A stretch of DNA of 63,841 nucleotides, filler included, from Octopus bimaculoides (Eukaryota), in NCBI RefSeq assembly GCF_001194135.2. It is 5 parts of 5 records of this genome, joined end to end, with 100 filler letters (N's around TTAATTAATTAA, not from the genome) between each part and the next. Parts side by side here need not be neighbours in the genome. Positions count along the whole stretch, not along the records: positions 48,488 to 60,945 come from NW_026330467.1; positions 61,046 to 63,841 come from NC_069008.1; 3 more parts are not named here. One strand, given 5' to 3'. The first letter of the stretch is position 1, and the number at the start of each line of letters is the position of its first letter. The translations under genes and the position numbers were made by a program. Under the pieces are notes generated by a model. That model saw nothing but the letters and a program-made list of their open reading frames with translations. It did not search any database and was not told where the DNA came from. Positions 54,112-63,841 of the stretch are shown here, one piece after another.

Positions 54112-54858
54112 TCTAAAACTCATAGCTTATTTTGCTGGTCATGATGGAAAGTTTCAGCTGTCCACGGCCAGCAGACTAAGGTGACATTATTATTATTATT
54201 ATTATTATTTCACAATATATGTTATGCTTGTATCCGATATAAGTGAGCCTTTTCTCCGTTAAATGAGTGTCTATTTAAGTGTAGTTATGTATGTGTCATA
54301 TCGCTAATCCCAAAATATAGGTATTTACAAATCCATAAAAATAATTCTTCTCTCTTATCTCTTTCACTCAAACACATACGTGCAAACACACTCGCATATA
54401 TACGTATAAGCTGGTACAAATATACGTCCATGCAGCCACATGAATAAATCACAACCAACTTTTACTAGCATACATACATATCTCTTTTTTGTACACAGCT
54501 AGGGCTAAATGCCGTTAAAGTGTATGTATATAATTTTAGTAACAAATACATATGTATGTATCTATATATACATATATATGCGCACATATATATGCATATA
54601 TTTACAGTGATACGTAGGTAAAGCTATATATATATAGATAGATACAATATACAGAGACGTAGATAATACTACATAAATATATACACGCTTCAATAAGCAC
54701 ACATAGCCTTACTTTTCATTCAAAATTTAATAAATTAAGTCTCCCCAACCAACATTTGTATACATACGTTCATATATACAACAATAGACAAACGCACACA
54801 CACACGCACACACAAAGACAAACGCACCCCGTCCGCCACACACACACGCGCACACACA

Positions 54859-54910
<52 letters not shown>

Positions 54911-55311
54911 AACATACAGACAAGTAGCATTAGATATGTATGCAACGAAATATGCATACCTAAGTTCTCCCGAGAATTTTGCAAAAAATATCTCGTCAGT
55001 AACACCATTTAACAATCGCCATTTTGTCTTAGCGTTACTTTCATTTTCGTTCCCATTTTCTAACTAAGCCTTCTCTAAATCACATTCTATTAGTGAACTG
55101 ATATCTATACAATTCCCAACTGCGTATGATATTTTGTCATGTTTATTCTCTCTTGGTGAATTATTGAAATATTGTATTTGAGCGCATTTTTCTTTTTGTG
55201 GTCGTGTTTTACCAAAAGTACGATTTTGGACACCTAAGGAACATTTTTATTATACTTTTATTAACATTACTGTATACTTAATAACATAGTCTGTAGTATT
55301 TAAAATATTCA

Positions 55312-55363
<52 letters not shown>

Positions 55364-55657
55364 CTTGATTCAGCTCTATATGACTTAGAGATTAGTAGGC
55401 TCTTATGACAGGATCATCTCATCAGATGTTTTGAGATTAGAATATACATAAGTATGACCAAATATATTCAGTGCACGCATTTGTGCACATGTGTACATAA
55501 TATATATAAATATATACATACATATATATACATATATATACATATACATACAGATACACAGGCACAACACACACACACATATATATACATACATTAATAT
55601 ATACATATATATATACTTTTNNNNNNNNNNNNNNNNNNNNNNNNNNNNNNNNNNNNN

Positions 55658-55690
<33 letters not shown>

Positions 55691-57666
55691 ACGTTTTGGC
55701 TAAGTTATTGGAGGAAAACCACCATGTGATTTGAGCTAAAATTTTTATTATTAGTAATGTTATTAGCATTATTATCAATATTAGTTGCAATATTATTATT
55801 ATTATTATTATTATTACTACTATTATTATTATTATTGTTATTGTTGTCATCATCATTTCATGTTTTTCAATTAAACTGAAATATGAAATAAATGTTAGAA
55901 AAAAAAAATCAAATATAAGAATTAATAAAACAATAATATAAAAATATAAGAAAAAAGATTCGCTATTCTTTGCAGCCAATAAAGAATTTCAATTTTTGAC
56001 CTCCCGTAGATATTGTTTTCCCCATCTTGGATTAAGTTTCATTTCTTTTCAAGCCCGATTTAAAAAAAACTTTTCCTAACGTTTCAGTACATACATACAT
56101 ATATTTATTTATATATATATGTATGCATGTATGTATGTATATATGTATGTATTAATGCATGATGCATGCTGAGGAATTCTTTACTGTATATATATATATA
56201 TATATGTATTTGTTTCTTGAGAGGCATATTGTGTATGCATTTATTGTGTTTATGTTAGACTGCATGTTTATGTATGTATAAATGTAAGTATTTAAATATG
56301 TATGCACTTCTATTTATTTCTATGTATGTAGGCAGAAATGTATATAAGTACACCTGCGTCTGTTTTGATGGAACCATGCATACATATGTCTGCATAAATG
56401 TACGGAAGCATGTATGTACGTAGTATGCATGTATGTATGTAGTATGCGTGTATGTATGTAGTATGTGTGTATGTAAATAACGTATTTACATCGATTCCGG
56501 TCTTAATACGGCCAAGATTGTTCAATCCACTTCGTCTTAAACACTTCATCCTTATCATTATCATTTTAATTAATATTATCTTTATAATTAGTGATTTTTT
56601 TTTATTTTACATATATATATATATTTTTTATTAGTCGAAACGAAAAAAACAAATTTTGTTGTTCCTTATAATTTCTTTTGGGTCTTTTTTTTGTTTTTTG
56701 TCATTTAATTTTATTTTATAAAATACTTTTCTCAAACATTTTTTCAATATATTTTCCTGTCTACTAAATATATTTTTTTTGCGTTTTTCTTTGTTTTTTT
56801 TTCATTTTTTTTTTGGTTGGAGTTTTTATTATTTATAAAAACTTAAAGTGACGTTTTTTTTAATACATTTTTCGTGTTTAGATTTTATGTTGTTTTTAGG
56901 CTTATTTTCATCTCATCTTTGTTGTCAATTCCGTGATTTTCTACTCCGAGATTCTTGCGGGAGTAACTTTGAAACAATCTTTCTGTATCAATGCCGACAA
57001 TANNNNNNNNNNNNNNNNNNNNNNNNNNNNNNNNNNNNNNNNNNNNNNNNNNNNNNNNNNNNNNNNNNNNNNNNNNNNNNNNNNNNNNNNNNNNNNNNNN
57101 NNNNNNNNNNNNNNNNNNNNNNNNNNNNNNNNNNNNNNNNNNNNNNNNNNNNNNNNNNNNNNNNNNNNNNNNNNNNNNNNNNNNNNNNNNNNNNNNNNNN
57201 NNNNNNNNNNNNNNNNNNNNNNNNNNNNNNNNNNNNNNNNNNNNNNNNNNNNNNNNNNNNNNNNNNNNNNNNNNNNNNNNNNNNNNNNNNNNNNNNNNNN
57301 NNNNNNNNNNNNNNNNNNNNNNNNNNNNNNNNNNNNNNNNNNNNNNNNNNNNNNNNNNNNNNNNNNNNNNNNNNNNNNNNNNNNNNNNNNNNNNNNNNNN
57401 NNNNNNNNNNNNNNNNNNNNNNNNNNNNNNNNNNNNNNNNNNNNNNNNNNNNNNNNNNNNNNNNNNNNNNNNNNNNNNNNNNNNNNNNNNNNNNNNNNNN
57501 NNNNNNNNNNNNNNNNNNNNNNNNNNNNNNNNNNNNNNNNNNNNNNNNNNNNNNNNNNNNNNNNNNNNNNNNNNNNNNNNNNNNNNNNNNNNNNNNNNNN
57601 NNNNNNTCATAAACACTCAATCTACTGTTTTATATAGATAGTCTTTTCTCTTTCTCACTATTATTA

Positions 57667-57729
<63 letters not shown>

Positions 57730-58090
57730 GAAGAATTAATGTTAATAAATTTTTCAGTAATACATAAATAAACAAACAAGAAAGACGGTTTATTTCTATC
57801 ATTATTACTAAAAATATTCTTATGAGCAAGGAGAGATATCGTTATTATGAAATATTATTACGATTCTTATATAGCTACAAATATTTTATTACATATGATA
57901 TTTTCATTTCTCTATTTTTATTATGTTTCATAATTATAATTCTTTATTCATTTTATTTCTATTCTACACAAATTAAATTAATTTTCTTTTCTGGCCCCTC
58001 AAAATTTCGCACTTAAACTATGTATTGATACTTAGGCTACTGTTTTAACTCCAGCGGTGAAACGCCAGCTCCTCCATAATATAGTAAGTC

Positions 58091-58124
<34 letters not shown>

Positions 58125-58241
58125 GTTGTTTTTATCATTAATATTACTATTATTAATCTGTTATATATTTCGTCCTTTGATATTGTCCTCAATGCCTTGA
58201 GCCCTTGTAGCCAATAAAAGAAATAGCTAATATTATTCTTA

Positions 58242-58281
<40 letters not shown>

Positions 58282-58545
58282 TATTATTATTGTTGTCATT
58301 ATTATTCATATTAACATCATCATTATTTTTATCATTATCATTAGCATTACCATTACTTTTATTCCGAATTATTGTTCTTATTTTTATCATTTTTATCAGT
58401 ATTATTATTAATATTAATGTGATTATTATTATTATTATTATTATTATAACTGTCGTTCCTCTCATTCAAGTTGTCGACCCTGTTCTTGGCTTTATATTAC
58501 TATACATCCTATTATTATTTTTCTCTATTACACCGCAGATTATCA

Positions 58546-58580
<35 letters not shown>

Positions 58581-58653
58581 TATAATTATCATTATTATTA
58601 TTATTATTTATTATTATCAATATTATTATTATTATTATCATTATCATCATAAA

Positions 58654-58697
<44 letters not shown>

Positions 58698-58988
58698 TCT
58701 TTTTTATTAGAAATTCCTAATGCGATATATAGACTCTGTCATGAATTTTATTTTTGCTTTCAAACACATTACAGCGGTCCGCCATTGATTTGCACCAATC
58801 GCCCATCGTTTTATTTTATTTTCAAACAGTCTATGTTTGTATATCATTTCTTAGTCTCGTTTTGCTTTGATACAAATCTCTTCTTTGAGTTTATTTGCTT
58901 TTCCTTCTTTTTTTCTACATATTTTGACCTTCTTTCACACATATATACATAATCATATACACACACACATATATACACACATATATAT

Positions 58989-59047
<59 letters not shown>

Positions 59048-61190
59048 NNNNNNNNNNNNNNNNNNNNNNNNNNNNNNNNNNNNNNNNNNNNNNNNNNNNN
59101 NNNNNNNNNNNNNNNNNNNNNNNNNNNNNNNNNNNNNNNNNNNNNNNNNNNNNNNNNNNNNNNNNNNNNNNNNNNNNNNNNNNNNNNNNNNNNNNNNNNN
59201 NNNNNNNNNNNNNNNNNNNNNNNNNNNNNNNNNNNNNNNNNNNNNNNNNNNNNNNNNNNNNNNNNNNNNNNNNNNNNNNNNNNNNNNNNNNNNNNNNNNN
59301 NNNNNNNNNNNNNNNNNNNNNNNNNNNNNNNNNNNNNNNNNNNNNNNNNNNNNNNNNNNNNNNNNNNNNNNNNNNNNNNNNNNNNNNNNNNNNNNNNNNN
59401 NNNNNNNNNNNNNNNNNNNNNNNNNNNNNNNNNNNNNNNNNNNNNNNNNNNNNNNNNNNNNNNNNNNNNNNNNNNNNNNNNNNNNNNNNNNNNNNNNNNN
59501 NNNNNNNNNNNNNNNNNNNNNNNNNNNNNNNNNNNNNNNNNNNNNNNNNNNNNNNNNNNNNNNNNNNNNNNNNNNNNNNNNNNNNNNNNNNNNNNNNNNN
59601 NNNNNNNNNNNNNNNNNNNNNNNNNNNNNNNNNNNNNNNNNNNNNNNNNNNNNNNNNNNNNNNNNNNNNNNNNNNNNNNNNNGTATATATATACATACGC
59701 ATACGTGTATTTATGCAGTTCTTTAGCTTTTGTCTTTTACAGGGTAATCTGGGTCAAGTTTCTTGTTGTTCTTGTTCTTGTTCTCATCGTTCACCGTATG
59801 ATTGTATCCATTTTGTTTTATTGTTTCTCTTTGGTCAAACTGGTATTGCGACAGTTCTTTAATTTTTAGTTGAATGCATTCTTTTATTGTATATTTTGTT
59901 TGCTGTTCTGCATATATTTGTTTTGTTTTTTTTTGTTATATGTTTTTATTGGTTGATCTCATTCGCCATGGTCATTTCGTCCCAGCTGGAGCAGTTGATG
60001 ATGGAGGAAGTTTTTGTCATTTTTTTTTCTTTTCCTTATAATTTTATTTCTGGTCATTAAAAGTTATGTATGTCTTTTCCCGCAACTTTCCGTATTCCAG
60101 ATTGAACGGCACGTATGATGATCTTTCTCCTTTTTTTCATACACATTTCATGATTTTTTCCATAACTTTGCTATTTTGATCTGTTAATTTAAAAATATAT
60201 TTTCTATTTTTAAAGTTCAGTTCATTTTTTTTTTTTTAATAAATACCTGTATAATTTATGTCATCATATACCGCCTTTCATCCTAGACATCTTTGAAATT
60301 TTGCATCTCTTCATCTACTTTGGTCTCCCTCATTGCATTCGTCTCACTACGCATTCTCGTTCGTTTCAGTTTAATAGTTGTGAAGTTGATGATGCTCCCT
60401 CTCTAGGTTCGAGGTTAGTCTAGTTGGGTCTAAGAAAGGTTGACTGTGGTTTCTTGNNNNNNNNNNATGTATGTATGTATGTATGTATGCATGTATGTAT
60501 GTGTGTGTATATATATTGTCGTTAGCTTCGTTTGGTCTTTCACAATTTCTGTATTATATATTTGGTTTTTGTTGGGTGATTTCCGTCATTTTTCCGGTCA
60601 GAGTGAAAACTGGTATATGTCTTTATTTAAAAAAAATTTTTTTATTTGTTTGTGTATGTGTGTGTGTGTATGTGTGCGTTTATGTGCGCGCGCGCGCGTG
60701 TGCGTTTCTTTCTGTCCGTTTTGTTTCCAGGTAGTGTGCCAGTGTTGTTGCATAATGCATATTGTACATATTTGGGAACAGGTCATATATATGTGTGTGT
60801 GTGTGTGCATGCGCGCGCGTGTTTATAATTTATGGAGCACGATTGAGTCTGTCAGTGCGCGTGAATGTATGCATGTATGTGCAAACACACACACATCTAC
60901 ATCTACACACACACACATATATATATACTTACATATATATATATANNNNNNNNNNNNNNNNNNNNNNNNNNNNNNNNNNNNNNNNNNNNTTAATTAATTA
61001 ANNNNNNNNNNNNNNNNNNNNNNNNNNNNNNNNNNNNNNNNNNNNCTTGAGGGCAATAAAGAAATAGGAGGGTAACTTTCTAGGTGCAATCCCATGGTCA
61101 GTCTTGACCGAAGGGGGTTCTTTACCCTAAGCCATGTTTAAGAGAGAACGGTCATTAAGATAATTTTAAATCTGGTTATAAATATTTACA

Positions 61191-61567
61191 GTGGAGGCGC
61201 AATGGCCCAGTGGTTAGGGCAGCGGACTCGCGCCCATAGGATCGTGGTTTCGATTACCAGACCGGGCGTTGTGAGTTTTTATTGAACGAAAACACCTAAA
61301 GTTCCACGAAACTCCGGCAGGGGATGGTGGCGAACCCTGCTGTACTCTTCCACCACAACTTTCTCTCACTTCCGGTTTCTATTGTGCCTGTAATTCAAAG
61401 GGGCCAACCTTGTCACACTGTCACGCTAAATATCCCCGAGAACTACGTTAAGGGTACACGTGTCTGTGGAGTGCTCAGCCACTTGCACGTTAATTTCACG
61501 AGCTGGCTGTTCCGTTGATCGGATCAACTGGAACCGCCGACGTCGTAAGCGATGGAGTGCCAACAAC
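61191..61567 (+). mobile_element. Full-length tRNA-derived SINE with a 13-bp target-site duplication
   Basis: ataaatatttaca at 61178-61190 and 61568-61580; head ggcgcaatggcccagtggttag..ggtttcgattacc; (CAA)n tail. Confidence 0.92.
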
Positions 61568-62339
61568 ATAAATATTTACAATAAATTAACACATTTTGTT
61601 ATGTAAGGGAGAAAATGGAGAATAAAACGCAATTACTGATTTGCAGGTTTTAGAAAACTGAAGTTTATTTGAAAAAAAAAAAAAAAAAAAAAAAAAAGAA
61701 ATTACAAACAAGTTGAAAGTACAATATTAAAAAATAACATACAAATGAATACCATTATCTGATACGGATTGAACCAGTGGAATACCTTGTAACATACAAT
61801 CCCCAATGAGGGAGTAACTTCCTCGAATTATATATAACGAAGTAAAATTGGAAGGTACTGCACGAGTGGAAACATGAGGAAGAGGATTTAAAAATGCAGG
61901 TCTTTTAAGGATGTTTGACTTGACCGGTTTCACTTTTAAGATTTCCAAAACGTACAAGGCATTATATGCTGTGATAGAGTGTTTAACAATAAGAAAATGT
62001 TACCAGAGAGGCTTTGTTTCTGAACAGGTGACATACGTGTTTAAATGGCAGCAAACTTAGTTCATATATCAATTGTTTATAAACATATATACAGAAAGTT
62101 TGTAGATAGGATTTGATGGGAGAAAGCGTGTATCGTTTTGTGAAAAGTTTAGAAATCAACTTTTAAAAATAATTGTAGGGGAATGACCAACCTTTTTCTT
62201 CATCTCCAGTCTTGTGTGTGGTGGGTTTAAATATCAAAGTCTCTTTCATTGTCATACCATTTCTAACTTCCGGTCAGCCATTGTTATGATCGGCCATTAT
62301 TATGATTGACCGTTGACTGAACACAATTCAATTTTTTTT

Positions 62340-62470
62340 CTCCGTGTTTTTCTCCTCGTCTCCGTATTCTTTCTGTTGAAGAGCGTAGCTCGAAACGTCA
62401 AAGACTATCCGTATTCCCGAGCGTCATACTAATATATCCTTTTGTTATTTACACCACCTGTCCTCGTCTG
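62340..62470 (+). repeat. Dispersed repeat carrying a minimal hammerhead-like motif; sibling of 48860-48980
   Basis: Alignment to the reverse complement of 48860-48980. Confidence 0.85.
62368..62404 (+). ncRNA. Minimal type-I hammerhead-ribozyme-like motif with a CUGUUGA core
   Basis: Stem I TCTTT/AAAGA, CTGTTGA+A, stem II GAGC-gta-GCTC, GAAA, palindromic ACGT stem III, GUC cleavage triplet at 62397-62399. Confidence 0.65.
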
Positions 62471-62511
62471 TTATTATTTGTATATTCTCCCATATATATA
62501 TATATACACAC

Positions 62512-62558
<47 letters not shown>

Positions 62559-62577
62559 AGTATCTGCTCACACGTCT

Positions 62578-62700
62578 CAGTAATCCCTCGCCGTATCGCG
62601 GAGTTAGTACATCGCTGATTTTTCTGGCGAATATATGCAAATTTATATCGCGGGCTCGTCAGTATATCGCGGGCTCGTCAGTATATCGCGGGCTTCTGCG
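62578..62700 (+). mobile_element. pogo/Tigger-like left end with 19-bp subterminal repeats
   Basis: cagtaatccctcgccgtatcgcgg matches the 35119 TIR; tatatcgcgggctcgtcag twice plus a partial third unit. Confidence 0.7.
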
Positions 62701-62814
62701 GCCGATCGGTATATATATTTTAGATTTTAATTATTTCTGTGGGAGGTTTTGAAACGTAACACCCACAACAGTCGAGGGACCAACCAGCCAAGAGTGTGTG
62801 CACATTTTCTACTC

Positions 62815-62968
62815 TAGGCACAACGCCTGAAATCTTGGGGGAGAGGACCAGTCGAGAAGATCGACCCCAGTACGCAACTGGTACTTAATCTATCGACCCC
62901 GAAAGGATGAAAGACAAAGGTGACCTCGGCGGAATTCGAAGGCAGAACGCAAAGGCAGACGAAATATA
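62815..62968 (-). mobile_element. SINE of the 13994 family, 5'-truncated
   Basis: atcgaccccagtacgcaactggtactt..gaccccgaaaggatgaaagacaaag. Confidence 0.85.
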
Positions 62969-62998
62969 TATATATATGATAAATTCCAAACTAAATGT

Positions 62999-63205
62999 CT
63001 AATCCTTTAGCATTCAGATTACTTAATCTAATGTATTTAATATTGTCTTGAATTAATCATACAATTCTCATAGCTTTGAAATTTTGATGTGGTTGTATAC
63101 TTTTATAATTGCATTGTAGAGTAGGTGTGAGATGCTAAATTTGGTCAGTTTACAACACAAAATATTTTTGGCTAGATATACTCGGTTTAAATGCTAAATG
63201 GTTAA
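62999..63205. mobile_element. piggyBac-like MITE (TTAA-type ends)
   Basis: ctaa-tcctttagcatt ... aatgctaaatgg-ttaa. Confidence 0.6.
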
Positions 63206-63470
63206 ATTTCGTGGTAGTTTTAACCAAGGAGCAATAGACTACAGTATATTACAGAGACATACATACGTCCATGAAGCCGTACAGCTCGATAGAGGGAGGT
63301 TGGGAGCCAAGGCGAATGGCCGAGCAAATGTAGTCTTAAGCTTTCGCGAACGATTGGTATTTCTCTGAAATAGCGTGGCTATAAGATTAGAATGTAAAAC
63401 TAATAAATAACCTTATTAAAAATCAAACAGGTGGGCGTTTTGATTATCGAATTATTTGATTTATTCTAAT

Positions 63471-63675
63471 AAACCGTTAGATTCACTTCAACATTTAAAT
63501 TTAATTTGCCAAAATATTTTCGTCGCTTTGAGACCGCACCGACAAAATTCCGTGCTGCGAATTAAAATTAAACGTTGAAGTGAATCTAACGGTTTTTGTG
63601 TTTCTTAAATGGCTTATAAACATCTTCCACGCTGCAATTGTTTTCGTTACAGCACACAATCTCAGATCAGGTCGC
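63471..63675. mobile_element. Palindromic repeat or MITE with about 37-bp inverted arms
   Basis: 63471-63507 is the reverse complement of 63559-63595 with 3 mismatches; the adjacent 63590-63675 matches 620-712. Confidence 0.75.
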
Positions 63676-63841
63676 TGGCTACGCAAACACATCTCCATAA
63701 TTCTAATAAAAGTTAAGTCGAAAAATATTAAAGTAAAAAAAAAAAATTAAGGGAGGTAACTCCTAACGTTTGTTAGGAGTTGTCTGACAATTATTTCATA
63801 AGTCATTTTTTTATAATTATATACAGGTCCGTAATCTATTA

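Noticed and set aside
56935-56960. 14-mer shared with the Penelope remnant near 20220
   Set aside because: A match of this length is expected by chance in a 64-kb AT-rich window.
59740-60200. Possible LINE ORF1 remnant on the minus strand
   Set aside because: Only vague peptide resemblance, with many stops and no complete zinc knuckle.
61191-61270. tRNA-like sequence
   Set aside because: It is a SINE head: continuous with a 300-bp body and bounded by a 13-bp target-site duplication, with no proper acceptor stem.

Overview
AT-rich eukaryotic genomic DNA saturated with microsatellites and N gaps. The repeat families suggest a cephalopod, most likely Octopus (inference from family resemblance; no search was run). 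I find no intact protein-coding gene. Nearly all ORFs in the track are translations of microsatellites or gaps, or antisense frames of transposon relics. The interpretable content is a transposon graveyard: two decayed RTE LINEs, several R4/Dong-type (RLE) LINE fragments (two stacked in a TAA tract), a Tx1/L1 fragment, a Penelope GIY-YIG remnant, an internally deleted Helitron carrying a nested mariner MITE, maT/pogo/piggyBac-like MITEs and more than a dozen tRNA-type SINE copies. The most notable signal is a set of minimal type-I hammerhead-ribozyme-like motifs in dispersed repeats at 12.8, 47.2, 48.9 and 62.4 kb; the last two share an unusual CUGUUGA core. There is also a CpG-decay boundary near 12-13 kb, visible by comparing sibling SINE copies, which suggests the left part lies in a historically methylated domain such as a gene body containing at most one weak candidate exon.
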